From Acidimicrobiales bacterium (GTDB lineage Bacteria; Actinomycetota; Acidimicrobiia; Acidimicrobiales; Aldehydirespiratoraceae): a stretch of DNA of 64,000 bases. The position numbers and the translations under genes are program-made. The notes below the pieces were generated by a model. The model saw nothing but the letters and a program-made list of their open reading frames with translations, was not told where the DNA came from and made no database searches. The stretch spans positions 1,156,798 through 1,220,797 of the forward strand of contig OZ220727.1 of NCBI GenBank assembly GCA_965116865.1, given 5' to 3'. Below, in pieces: positions 14,885-24,769 of this stretch (position 1 is its first letter; every line of letters starts with the position of its first letter).

Positions 14885-17722
14885 GTGGAAACGGGGCCCC
14901 GGGCCCGAGCGGCCCGCGAACGCACCGAAGAACAGCGGGAAACCCAACCCCGAGCGGCCCGCGAACGCACCGCAGAACAGCGGGAAACCCGGCTCGACGG
15001 GCCGCTGGGAGAGCTCGACTCCGCGTTGCGCGGCGACATCCGGCGTATCGGCGCCCAGCTCGGCGACACGCTGGTCCGCCAGCACGGACCCGGGCTGCTC
15101 GAACGGGTGGAGCAGGTGCGCCGCTTGGCCCGGGGTCTGCGTCGCAGCTACGAGGACAGCACAGAGCTGGCCGAGTTCCTGGCCGATGTGGGCGTGGCCG
15201 AGGCCGGCCTGCTCGCCCGGGCCTTCACCGTGTACTTCCATCTCGCCAACACCGCCGAGCAGGTACACCGCATCGACGACCTCACCGAGAAACGGGCGGC
15301 CGGCTCCAACCGCTTCGGCGAGATGGTCGGCCGGCTGCGCGAGATGGGCTACGCCGACGACGAGATAGTCGCCACCGTCAACTCGGCCGAACTGCGGCCC
15401 GTGTTCACCGCCCATCCCACTGAGGCGTCGCGCCGGTCGATCCTGGACAAGCTGGCCGAGATCTCCAGCCTGATCGAGCAGCGGGCCCACGCGGGCGCCG
15501 ACGAGACGGCCCGCCGCCGAGTGGACCGCAGAGTGGACGAGTTGATCGACGCCATCTGGCAGACGGACGAGTTGCGCCGACAGCGTCCCGACCCGGTGGA
15601 CGAGGCCCGGTCGATCCTCTACTTCCTCACCGAGATCGCGGTGGAGGGTACGCCCGAACTGTTCGACGACATCGACTCCGTACTCGAGTCTGTGGGAGGG
15701 GAACTCGATCCCGACCGGTCGCCCGTCCGCTTCGGGTCGTGGGTGGGCGGCGACCGGGACGGCAACCCCAACGTCACCCCGGCCACCACTGTGGAGGTGC
15801 TCGAGTTTCAGCGTCACAGGGCTCTGCGCTTGCTGATCGAGGAGATCGAGGGGCTGTCGTCGGAGTTGAGCGTGGGTCTGGCGGTTCGCGGGGTCTCCGA
15901 GGAGCTGGCCGAGCGGCTGGAGGCCGACCGCGAGCAGTTCCGAGAAGTCACGGCCCGGTTCGACACGCTCAGCGCGGGCGAGCCCTACCGCCAGAGGCTG
16001 GCGGTCGTGCACCGGCGCCTGCTCGAGACGGACCAGCCGGCGCCCGGAGCTCGCGCCTACCGCTCGGCGGACGAGTTGGCCCGCGACCTGGCCGTGATCG
16101 CTCGGTCGCTGGAGGCCAACCAGGGCCGCCTGCTGGCCCGCGGGCGGCTGGCCCGGGTGCGGCGCATCGTGGCAATGATCGGGTTCGACCTCGCCACTCT
16201 CGACATCCGCGAGCACTCCGAGCGCCACCACTTGGCGCTGGCCCGCCTGTTCGCGCCGCTTGGAATCGACTACCCCCGGCTGCCGGCAGAGGAACGGGCG
16301 GCGCTGCTCGCCGGTGAGCTGGCCGGCCCCCGGCCGCTGGCGCCGCGCGGGCGGCCCCTGCCGGACGGCGCCGAGGACGTGCTGGAGCTGTTCCGGGTGC
16401 TGCGCCGTCAGATGGACGCGCGCGGCGACCAGATCGTGCGCAGCTACATCGTGTCCATGACCCGCGGTGTCGACGACGTGCTGGCGCCGGCAGTCCTGGC
16501 GCGGGAGGCCGGGCTCGTAGACCTGACCGCGGGAGTGGCCCGGCTGGGGTTCGTGCCCCTGTTCGAGACCATCGACGACCTGCGCTCGGTCGGGCCGGTG
16601 CTGAGGGATCTGCTCGCAGTGGAGCCCTACCGGCGCCTCGTCGAGTTGCGGGGCGGCGTCCAGGAGGTGATGGTCGGCTACTCCGACTCCAACAAGGACG
16701 GCGGGATCACGACGTCGCAATGGGAGATCCACAAGGCGCTGAGAGCTATCGCGGAGGTCTCGGACGCCACCGGGGTTCAGACGACGGTGTTCCACGGCCG
16801 GGGAGGCACCGTCGGGCGGGGCGGAGGACCCACCCACGCCTCCATCCTGGGCCAGCCGCCCGGCGCGGTGCGCGGCTCGGTCAAAATCACCGAGCAGGGA
16901 GAGGTGATAGCCGACAAGTACGGACTGCCACGGCTGGCTCATCGCAACCTTGACCTGGCTTTCGCAGCCGTGGTCGAGGCGTCGATGGCCCACCGGTCGC
17001 CCCGCCACGACCCCGCCGTGACCCGGAGGTGGAACCAGGTGATGGAGACGGCCTCCGGCGCGGCCTACGGCGCCTACCGGGCCTTCCTGCAGGCCCCCGG
17101 CCTGGTCGAGTACTTCCAATCGTCCACTCCGGTGGAGGAGCTGACCAAGATGAACATCGGCTCCCGTCCGTCACGGCGCAGCCGCGCCGACGAGGGAATC
17201 GAGGGTCTGCGGGCCATCCCCTGGGTGTTCGGCTGGACCCAGTCCCGCCAAATCGTGCCGGGATGGTTCGGGGTCGGCACGGGACTGGCGGCGGCTCGAG
17301 CGGCCGGCATGGGTTCGGACCTGGGCGAGATGCACGAGGGGTGGCAGTTCTTCCGCACGTTCGTCTCCAACGTGGAGATGACCCTGTTCAAGACCGACCT
17401 GGCCATCGCCCACCACTACGTGTCGACGCTGGTAGATCCGGCTCTGCACTGCCACTTCGACGCGGTGTGTGCCGAGTACGACCGCACCGTCACCCAAGTG
17501 ACCGAGCTCACCGGCAGGGGCCTGCTCGAGGACTTGCCGATCCTGCGCCGCACCCTGGCGGTGCGCGACGCCTACCTCGACCCGATCAACGTGCTGCAGG
17601 CCGACCTCCTGGCCCGGCACAGGGCCGGACGGGCCGGAGTCTCAGCCGAGGACGAGTTTCTGCTCCGCACGCTGCTGCTCACTGTCAACGGTGTGGCCGC
17701 CGGCATGCGCAACACCGGCTGA
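14885..17722 (+). CDS. ppc: phosphoenolpyruvate carboxylase
   Basis: Motifs TAHPTE and GYSDSNKDGG, and the C-terminal GMRNTG. The start is uncertain. GTG 14885 would translate the 45-bp repeat. TTG 15026 gives MRGDIRRIGAQLG. The upstream part of track ORF 13883.. overlaps the reductase gene and is not coding. Confidence 0.9.
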   Translation: METGPRARAARERTEEQRETQPRAARERTAEQRETRLDGPLGELDSALRGDIRRIGAQLGDTLVRQHGPGLLERVEQVRRLARGLRRSYEDSTELAEFLADVGVAEAGLLARAFTVYFHLANTAEQVHRIDDLTEKRAAGSNRFGEMVGRLREMGYADDEIVATVNSAELRPVFTAHPTEASRRSILDKLAEISSLIEQRAHAGADETARRRVDRRVDELIDAIWQTDELRRQRPDPVDEARSILYFLTEIAVEGTPELFDDIDSVLESVGGELDPDRSPVRFGSWVGGDRDGNPNVTPATTVEVLEFQRHRALRLLIEEIEGLSSELSVGLAVRGVSEELAERLEADREQFREVTARFDTLSAGEPYRQRLAVVHRRLLETDQPAPGARAYRSADELARDLAVIARSLEANQGRLLARGRLARVRRIVAMIGFDLATLDIREHSERHHLALARLFAPLGIDYPRLPAEERAALLAGELAGPRPLAPRGRPLPDGAEDVLELFRVLRRQMDARGDQIVRSYIVSMTRGVDDVLAPAVLAREAGLVDLTAGVARLGFVPLFETIDDLRSVGPVLRDLLAVEPYRRLVELRGGVQEVMVGYSDSNKDGGITTSQWEIHKALRAIAEVSDATGVQTTVFHGRGGTVGRGGGPTHASILGQPPGAVRGSVKITEQGEVIADKYGLPRLAHRNLDLAFAAVVEASMAHRSPRHDPAVTRRWNQVMETASGAAYGAYRAFLQAPGLVEYFQSSTPVEELTKMNIGSRPSRRSRADEGIEGLRAIPWVFGWTQSRQIVPGWFGVGTGLAAARAAGMGSDLGEMHEGWQFFRTFVSNVEMTLFKTDLAIAHHYVSTLVDPALHCHFDAVCAEYDRTVTQVTELTGRGLLEDLPILRRTLAVRDAYLDPINVLQADLLARHRAGRAGVSAEDEFLLRTLLLTVNGVAAGMRNTG
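14887..14990. repeat. 45-bp tandem repeat (2.3 copies) at the 5' end of ppc
   Basis: The segment cccgagcggcccgcgaacgcaccg.agaacagcgggaaaccc occurs at 14904 and 14949. Confidence 0.85.
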
Positions 17723-17873
17723 GCAACTGGCTACGGCCGGGCAATCAGCTGCCACAGCCTGCGCTATCGCAGCGAAAGGCAACCCATACGCGAAGGCGCT
17801 CCGGTCGTCGCGGTCGGTCCTCTCGACTGCGCTGCTCAGAAGCCTGGACCTCGCAACGAGACGTCCACTCCGG

Positions 17874-19061
17874 TCATGGCGACTCTGAACGGGATCTGAG
17901 CCCTTCAAGCACCTCGGCGGTGTCGGCGCCCAGCGCAGGGGGTGCCAGGCGGTGCGAGGCCGGCGTGCGCGAGAAGCTGATGGGGTTGGCGACGGTGGCA
18001 GCCGACTGGCCGTCGCCGCTCGACAAACGGCGCACCGGGTCGAGTCCGAGCTCAGCAGCCAACCGGAACGCGTCCTCGATCGTGTTGACCGGACTGCAGG
18101 GCACCCCATGAGCAGTCAAGCGCTCCACCCACTGACCACAGGGCCGGTGCCGCAGGATGGACTCCAGTTCGGCCCTCACGGCCTCCCGGTGCTCAACACG
18201 AGCGGGATTGGACGACAAGCGACGGTCGGAAGCCAGGTGGGGCGCGTCCAGCGCCTCGCACAGAGCCGAGAACTGGCGATCGTTGGTGGCGGCGACGGCA
18301 ATGGGTTCCGTGGCCGTCGAGAACGTCTGGTACGGGGTGATGCTCGGATGGAGGTTCCCGATCCGGCCCGGCACCACCCCGCCGCTGACGAATGACGACG
18401 CCTGATTGACCAGCGCCGCCAGCGCCGACGACAGCAGGTTGACCTCGATGAACTGGCCCAGACCACTGGACTGTCGCTCGACCAGCGCGGCGACGACGCC
18501 GATCGTTGCATACAGCCCGGTCACCACATCGACTATGGCCACTCCGGTTCTGGCGGGCGTCCCTTCGGCCTCTCCGGTGATGCTCATCAGGCCGCTGGCC
18601 GCCTGCACGATGAAGTCGTAGCCCGTCAAGTCACGCCCGCCGGCGGGCCCGTAGGCGCTCACCCGGCAGTAGACCAGGCCCGGGTTGCCGGCCTGCAGCG
18701 ACTCGTAGTCGAGACCGAAGCGCTCCGCGGTGCCGGCGCGAAAGTTCTCCACCACCACGTCGGCGGAGCGGGCCAGGGCCCGGGCCTGGGCGAGCTGCTC
18801 GGGGTCGGCGAGGTCGAGGGTCGCGCTGCGCTTGTTGCGGTTCGCCGACAGGTAATAGGTGGCCGAGCCGTCATCGGCGAATGGCGGGCCCCACGAGCGG
18901 GTGTCGTCACCGAGGCCTGGCCGCTCGATCTTGATCACATCGGCACCGAGATCGCCCAGCATCATGGCGGCCAAGGGGCCGGCCAGGATGCGCGAGAAGT
19001 CGACAACCACGACACCGTCCAGCGGCCCTCCAGCCGAGACCTCAGCACCGGACATTGACAT
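17874..19061 (-). CDS. CaiB/BaiF family (class III) CoA-transferase
   Basis: The N-terminal segment VVVVDFSRILAGPLAAMMLGDLGADVIKIE is typical of family III CoA-transferases. Confidence 0.8.
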   Translation of the reverse strand: MSMSGAEVSAGGPLDGVVVVDFSRILAGPLAAMMLGDLGADVIKIERPGLGDDTRSWGPPFADDGSATYYLSANRNKRSATLDLADPEQLAQARALARSADVVVENFRAGTAERFGLDYESLQAGNPGLVYCRVSAYGPAGGRDLTGYDFIVQAASGLMSITGEAEGTPARTGVAIVDVVTGLYATIGVVAALVERQSSGLGQFIEVNLLSSALAALVNQASSFVSGGVVPGRIGNLHPSITPYQTFSTATEPIAVAATNDRQFSALCEALDAPHLASDRRLSSNPARVEHREAVRAELESILRHRPCGQWVERLTAHGVPCSPVNTIEDAFRLAAELGLDPVRRLSSGDGQSAATVANPISFSRTPASHRLAPPALGADTAEVLEGLRSRSESP

Positions 19062-19153
19062 TCACCCCGCCACTCTACGGCCACGGCGCGAGCTGGTTGC
19101 GACGCTGGTCCGCAGAGCCGCAGCTACGGTTCAGCTCCGCCTCTGGCGTTGTC

Positions 19154-20110
19154 TCAGCGTTCCTCGCGGTGGTAGGGCAGGCAGAGTTCGGCCGGTGCGG
19201 GAGACGGCCGGTTGCGGGCCCGCCAACTCACCAGCACCAACACAAGGACCGTGAGGACGAATGGCAGGATCCCGAGCAGCGCGGGCGAGATCGAGTTGAG
19301 ATGGACCCCCAGCACCGACACGTCGAAGGTCTGCAGGCGAGGCTGCAACGCCAGCGTGAAGCCGAACAACAGCGCGCCCGCGGCCAGCCGGCCGGGCCGC
19401 CACGCCCCGAAAATCACCAGAGCGACCGCTATCCAGCCGCGCCCGGCGACCATTCCCTCGGTCCATCCGGCCGCCATGTAGAGCGACAGGAAGGCGCCCG
19501 CGGCACCCGCGAAGGCGCCCCCCACAAGCACAGCCCCCGCACGGAGGCCCACCACCGAGTGCCCAGCGCCGTCCGTCGTCGCGGCGGACTCACCCACCGC
19601 CCGCAGGGCCAGGCCCAGCCGGGTGCGGTTCAGCACGAACCACGTCGCCGCTCCGAGCAGACCGGCCAGGTACACCACCGGCGGATGGTCGAACAGGACG
19701 GGGCCGATCCACGGTATGTCCGCCAACCCGACGATCCCCAAGTCGGTGAACACCGACTCCGGCCGGCGGATCACCCAGTCGCGGCCCACATAGGCCGACA
19801 GCCCCACTCCGCCGATGGTGATCGCCAGGCCCGACACGACCTGCCCGGCGCCGGCGGCCACGCTGACCACAGCATGCACCGCGGCCACGAGCATGCCCAC
19901 CACCGCCGCCGCGACGAAGCCGGCCCACGGGCTTCGGGTGCCCAGCGCCACGATGAATCCCGACACCGCCCCCATCGACATCATCCCCTCGACGCCGAGG
20001 TTCAGCACCCCGGCCCGCTCTGCGATGAGCTCGCCGAGAGCGGCCAGGTATATGAGGGTCCCGAACTGCACGCTCGCCACCAGCAGGCCGACGACGGCGT
20101 CTTCAGACAC
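19154..20110 (-). CDS. ABC transporter permease (BMP/nucleoside-type system)
   Basis: Polytopic 318-aa ORF that overlaps the upstream permease stop by 8 nt. Confidence 0.8.
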   Translation of the reverse strand: MSEDAVVGLLVASVQFGTLIYLAALGELIAERAGVLNLGVEGMMSMGAVSGFIVALGTRSPWAGFVAAAVVGMLVAAVHAVVSVAAGAGQVVSGLAITIGGVGLSAYVGRDWVIRRPESVFTDLGIVGLADIPWIGPVLFDHPPVVYLAGLLGAATWFVLNRTRLGLALRAVGESAATTDGAGHSVVGLRAGAVLVGGAFAGAAGAFLSLYMAAGWTEGMVAGRGWIAVALVIFGAWRPGRLAAGALLFGFTLALQPRLQTFDVSVLGVHLNSISPALLGILPFVLTVLVLVLVSWRARNRPSPAPAELCLPYHREER

Positions 20111-21209
20111 GCTCGGCCGTCCCGCGGTCGCCGGCGCCGGCTACGGTGCGGCGCTCGCCGATCTCCCACCGGATCCGATAGTTGAGGAGCACGGCCACCG
20201 CCAGCGCTGCGAGAAGGATCAACGCCTGCAGGATCACCGAGATCGACGACTCCACACCGAGCGTCTGGATCGACTGGCCGCCGACCTGCACAGCGCCGAA
20301 CACGCAGGCCACCACGGCCACGCCGGAGGGCCGCATCAGCGCGAGCGCGGCCACGATGATTCCCGCGTATCCGTAGCCGTTCGACAGGCCGGGAGACAGA
20401 CGGCTGGCCGTCCCGGTCAACTCCACCGCCCCGGCCAGTCCGGCGATGGCTCCGGACAGCAGCAGAGAGACCAAGATCTTGCGCTCCAAGGAGATCCCCG
20501 CATAGCGCGCCGTCGCCGCCGACGATCCAGCGACCCGGAGCTCGTACCCCCAGGCGGTGCGCGCCACCGCCAGCCAGAACACGATCAGCAGCCCCGCCGC
20601 CATCAGCACACCGACATGCGCCCGACCGAACAGCACCGGCAAGGACGACTGGTCGGGCAGTTCGGCGATGACCGCGAACCCGAACGAGTCGGGATCCTTC
20701 CAAGGCCCCACCTCGAGCCATTCGACGATCCGGATCGACACCTCCACCAGCATCAGGGTGGTGATGATCTCGTTCACGTTCAGGTACGCACGGGCCAGCG
20801 CCGGCCCGACGGCGAGAACCAGTCCCCCCAGCGCGCCGGCGGCGACCATCACCACGATCAGCGGCGGCCCGGCGAGGTCCTCAGCCACTAGGGCGACGGC
20901 GGTGGCCAGCGTGGCGCCGGCCATCATCTGACCCTCCGCTCCGATGTTCCAGAGCCCCATCGACCCCGCCACCGCCACCGCCAGCCCGGTCAACGCCAGC
21001 GGGGTGGCCCTCACCAGGGTGCGCGACAGCGAGTCGGTCCCGCCGAGAGAGGAGTCCAGCATCCGCTCGTACACGGTGATCGGGGAATGGCCCGAAGCCG
21101 CCAGCAGGACCGCGCCCACCACGAGGGCCGCTCCGATCCCGACCAGGAAGGCGACGCCCTGCGCAGCCGGCACCACGCGCTCGCGCCGCTGGAGCACCGG
21201 AAGGATCAT
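20103..21209 (-). CDS. ABC transporter permease (BMP/nucleoside-type system)
   Basis: Polytopic ORF. The likely start is ATG 21209 (MILPVLQRRERVV). The upstream 53 codons of the track ORF are repeat read-through. Confidence 0.8.
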   Translation of the reverse strand: MILPVLQRRERVVPAAQGVAFLVGIGAALVVGAVLLAASGHSPITVYERMLDSSLGGTDSLSRTLVRATPLALTGLAVAVAGSMGLWNIGAEGQMMAGATLATAVALVAEDLAGPPLIVVMVAAGALGGLVLAVGPALARAYLNVNEIITTLMLVEVSIRIVEWLEVGPWKDPDSFGFAVIAELPDQSSLPVLFGRAHVGVLMAAGLLIVFWLAVARTAWGYELRVAGSSAATARYAGISLERKILVSLLLSGAIAGLAGAVELTGTASRLSPGLSNGYGYAGIIVAALALMRPSGVAVVACVFGAVQVGGQSIQTLGVESSISVILQALILLAALAVAVLLNYRIRWEIGERRTVAGAGDRGTAERV

Positions 21210-21368
21210 GGCCCCACCCGCACGGCGGCCCCGCGGCCGCGGAATGGTCCCGCAACTGCCAATGGGATCATGAGACGCACCCGCACGGCGGCCCCGCGGC
21301 CGCGGAATGGTCCCGCAACTGCCAATGGGATCATGAGACGCACCCGCACGGCGGCCCCGCGGCCGCAT
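21201..21368. repeat. 63-bp tandem array (2.4 copies) between the ATPase stop and the permease start
   Basis: Units start with acccgcacgg at 21216, 21279 and 21342. Each unit ends gggatcatgagacgc, mimicking the permease start region ggaaggatcatg. Confidence 0.9.
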
Positions 21369-21420
21369 GCCCTGCGCCGGCAGCCCGTCCCCAGCCGCTC
21401 GGCGACCCCGGCCGGGCCGG

Positions 21421-23022
21421 TCACACCGCCTCCGACACCCGGCCGGCCATGGCCGCGCCGACCTCGGCGCGGCTGGTCCTCGTCGGGTCGAGGACGGCCA
21501 CCACCTCGCCGTCGAACATCACCGCGAGCCGGTCCGACAGCGCCATCAGCTCGTCGAGGTCCTCCGAGATGAGGAGAACGCCCACCCCGCGGCCTCGCTG
21601 GGAGACGATCTGATCCTGGACCGCAGCGATCCCCTGCACGTCCAAGCCGCGGGTCGGCTGCGCTGCCAGCAGCACGCTGGGCTCTCCGCTCAGCTCGCGG
21701 CCCAGCAGGAGCCGCTGCAGGTTCCCGCCCGACAGGGTCGCAGCCGGATCCTGGACCCGGCCCACGCTCACGCCGAACCGCTCCACCAGCCGCATGCAGA
21801 AGTCCAGGCACCGGCGCAGGCTCAGCACCGGACCGTCACGGTGCGACTTGTACGAGCGGATCACGGCGTTGTCGACCACCGACATGTTGCGGGCCAGACC
21901 CACACCCATCCGGTCCTCCGGGACATAGGCGAGGCCCCGCTGGAACCGGTTCCGCGGCGAGGCCGAAGTGACGTCCGCACCGGCGAGCACTACCCGTCCT
22001 GCGGACGCGGCACGCAGCCCGCTGATGGCCTCGGCCAGTTCCTTCTGACCGTTGCCTGACACCCCGGCGATGCCGACGATCTCGCCGGAACGCACTTCGA
22101 GCGACACGTTCCTGAGCGCCGGCAACCCACGGTCGCTGAGAGCGCCCAGTCCCTCCAGCACCAAGACCGGATCACCGGTCATGGCCGGCGGCGGACGCGG
22201 GATGTGCCCGCCCTCGGAGGATCCGACCATCAACTCGGCGAGCGTCGCGGGATCGACCGACGCGAGATCGTCGACGACGGCGGTGGTGCGGCCCCTGCGC
22301 AGCACCGTGGCCTCGTCGCAGCAGGCGATCACCTCGTCAAGCTTGTGGCTGATGTAGATCACCGAGCGGCCGGAGTCGGCCATGGCTCGGATGGTTCTGG
22401 CGAGTTCCTCAGCCTCCGCGGGGGTGAGCACCGCGGTAGGTTCGTCCAAGATCAGGATGTCCGCGTCCCGCCACAAGGCCTTCAAGATCTCCACCCGCTG
22501 ACGCTCCCCCATGGAGAGCTGCCAAACCGGACGGGATGGGTCGACCGCCAGCGAATAGGTGTCGGCCAGCTGCGCCACTCGCTGCTCAATGTCGTGGGTG
22601 TCCATCAGGCGCGGCGCCAATCCGAGCACGATGTTCTCGGCCACGGTGAGCGTCGGCACCAGACGGAACTCCTGATGGACCATCCCGACGCCAGCGGCGA
22701 TCGCGTCTGCGGGCGAGCGGAACCGACGGCGCCGGCCGGAGACGAACACCTCGCCGTGGTCGGGCAGGTACACGCCCGCCAGGACGCTCACCAGCGACGT
22801 CTTCCCAGCGCCGTTCTCGCCGATCAGTGCATGCACCGTGCCGGGCCTGACTGTCAGGTTGGCGCCGTCGCAGGCCACCACCCCCGGGAACTGCTTGCGT
22901 ATCCCGTTGAGCCGCACCGCGTCCGACGGCGCGCCGGAGCCGCCCTCACAGCCGGAGCCGGCCCGGCCGTGAGGGTCTGGACGCTCACCGCCCGCGGGCG
23001 CGGGCAAACCCGGCGCGGTCAC
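21421..23022 (-). CDS. ABC transporter ATP-binding protein with two ATPase domains
   Basis: Two Walker A motifs (GENGAGKTS and GVSGNGQKE) and the signatures LSMGERQR and LSGGNLQR. Confidence 0.9.
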   Translation of the reverse strand: MTAPGLPAPAGGERPDPHGRAGSGCEGGSGAPSDAVRLNGIRKQFPGVVACDGANLTVRPGTVHALIGENGAGKTSLVSVLAGVYLPDHGEVFVSGRRRRFRSPADAIAAGVGMVHQEFRLVPTLTVAENIVLGLAPRLMDTHDIEQRVAQLADTYSLAVDPSRPVWQLSMGERQRVEILKALWRDADILILDEPTAVLTPAEAEELARTIRAMADSGRSVIYISHKLDEVIACCDEATVLRRGRTTAVVDDLASVDPATLAELMVGSSEGGHIPRPPPAMTGDPVLVLEGLGALSDRGLPALRNVSLEVRSGEIVGIAGVSGNGQKELAEAISGLRAASAGRVVLAGADVTSASPRNRFQRGLAYVPEDRMGVGLARNMSVVDNAVIRSYKSHRDGPVLSLRRCLDFCMRLVERFGVSVGRVQDPAATLSGGNLQRLLLGRELSGEPSVLLAAQPTRGLDVQGIAAVQDQIVSQRGRGVGVLLISEDLDELMALSDRLAVMFDGEVVAVLDPTRTSRAEVGAAMAGRVSEAV

Positions 23023-23084
23023 CGCTCAGAGCGACCGCGCCGGGCGCGCCGCGACACGTACGGCGGGTGTTGCCGACGGTTCGA

Positions 23085-24497
23085 TCAGGGTGCGGCGTTC
23101 CCCACGACGCCCTCGACGAACCAGCTCATGCCCAGCATCGAGCCGTCGTCCATCGTCTCGCCGGCGGCGACCATCTCTTTGCCGTCCTGGTCGTTGATCG
23201 GGCCGGTGAACACGTCCCACGATCCGCTGACGATCTCCTCCGTTCTCGACGCGATGAGGTCGGCCGTGGCGCTGGGAACATCGTCCGCCAAAGGCGCCAG
23301 GCCGACTATGCCGTCGTCCATGCCGCCCCAGTATGCGCCGGACTTGTAGCTGCCGTCGGCCACAGCTTCGATAGTGGCCGCATAGCGGGGACCCCAGTTC
23401 CAGACGGGGGCGGTGATCCATGCTTCGGGGGCGAACAGGCTCATGTCGGAGTTGTAGGCCACCCAGCGGGCGCCCGCGTCCTGCGCTGCCGTCCCTGCCG
23501 CGGTGGAGTCCTGGTGCATAGCGATCACGTCGGCACCCGCCTCGAGGAGCGCCTTGGCTGTGTCGCCCTCGATCGTGGGATCGAACCAGGTGAAAGTCCA
23601 GTTGACATGGACCTGAGCGTCCGGGTTGGTGTCGCGAACGCCCAGCGTGAACGCGTTGATGCCCCTGATCACCTCAGGGATCGGGAACGCGGCCACGTAG
23701 CCGATGTTGCCCGTCTGGGTCATGGCGCCGGCCGCCAGACCCGAGAGGTAGCGGGGCTGGTACATGCGTCCGAAGTAGTTGCCGAAGTTGGTGTCGTTCA
23801 TCTTGTACCCGCTGGCGTGCTCGAACACGACTCCGGGGTACTCGCCGGCCAGTTCCTCCATCGCGTCCATGTAGCCGAACGACGTGCCGAAGATCACGTC
23901 GGCGCCGTCGTTGTCGATGAAGTCGATGGCGAACGCCTTGAAGTCCTCGGCGTTCTCCGGGACGCTCTCCACGAACAGGGTGGCGGCGCCGGTGTGCTCC
24001 TCGGCGTACTGCCGGCCCTGGTCGTGAGCCCAGTTCCAGCCTGCGTCTCCGACCGGCCCGACGAGCACGAAGGCCGCCGTGATGTCCGAGGCGTCGTCCA
24101 TAGAACCGTCGTCCATGGAACCGTCGTCCATGGAACCGTCGTCCATAGAACCGTCGTCCATAGACCCGTCGTCCATAGACCCGTCGTCCATAGAACCGTC
24201 GTCCATAGACCCGTCGTCCATGGAACCGTCGTCCATGGAACCGTCGTCCATGGAACCGTCGTCCATGGAACCGTCGTCCATGGAACCGTCGTCAGACCCG
24301 TCGTCCATGGAACCGTCGTCGGCGTCGGCCGTCTGCTCGTCGACCGTCGACTCCTCGTCTGTGGCAGGATCAACGGCGTCGTCGTCGCCGCCGCAGGCCG
24401 CGGCGAACAGAGCGAGCGCGGCCAGCGCGGCTACGAGCGTCCAGATCGTCCGGCCACCGCTGGACCGTGATCTACGGCATCGATTGAATTTAAGCAT
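23085..24497 (-). CDS. BMP-family (Med/PnrA-like) ABC substrate-binding lipoprotein with (DDGSM)n linker
   Basis: Lipobox LFAAACGG. The mature domain ITAAFVLVGPVGDAGWNWAHDQG is typical of the basic membrane protein family. Confidence 0.8.
   Translation of the reverse strand: MLKFNRCRRSRSSGGRTIWTLVAALAALALFAAACGGDDDAVDPATDEESTVDEQTADADDGSMDDGSDDGSMDDGSMDDGSMDDGSMDDGSMDDGSMDDGSMDDGSMDDGSMDDGSMDDGSMDDGSMDDGSMDDASDITAAFVLVGPVGDAGWNWAHDQGRQYAEEHTGAATLFVESVPENAEDFKAFAIDFIDNDGADVIFGTSFGYMDAMEELAGEYPGVVFEHASGYKMNDTNFGNYFGRMYQPRYLSGLAAGAMTQTGNIGYVAAFPIPEVIRGINAFTLGVRDTNPDAQVHVNWTFTWFDPTIEGDTAKALLEAGADVIAMHQDSTAAGTAAQDAGARWVAYNSDMSLFAPEAWITAPVWNWGPRYAATIEAVADGSYKSGAYWGGMDDGIVGLAPLADDVPSATADLIASRTEEIVSGSWDVFTGPINDQDGKEMVAAGETMDDGSMLGMSWFVEGVVGNAAP
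24093..24318. repeat. coding 15-bp repeat encoding (DDGSM)n, about 14 copies
   Basis: Units of the form gtcgtccat(g/a)ga(a/c)cc are repeated in tandem. Confidence 0.9.
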
Positions 24498-24769
24498 CTT
24501 GATCCCTCCAAGAAACGCGGATTCTCCGTTGGCACGCCCAGAACCGGCCCGTGCCGGAAGTGAACTCTAGTACGAAGCGCTCGCCAGCGCCACGCCCCGA
24601 GCAGCCGGGCGAGCCGCGGCGCGGGCGCTGATGCCCTCCCACCGATCCGGAACCGACGCTCAGAACGGGGCGCCGAGGCGCGGACGCCGGGCTCGGAGGC
24701 TGATCCGAATCGTGGAACACGGCCCGGCAGGCATGGATCCAAGGCTCGGGATCGCTACACTTCCGCCGC

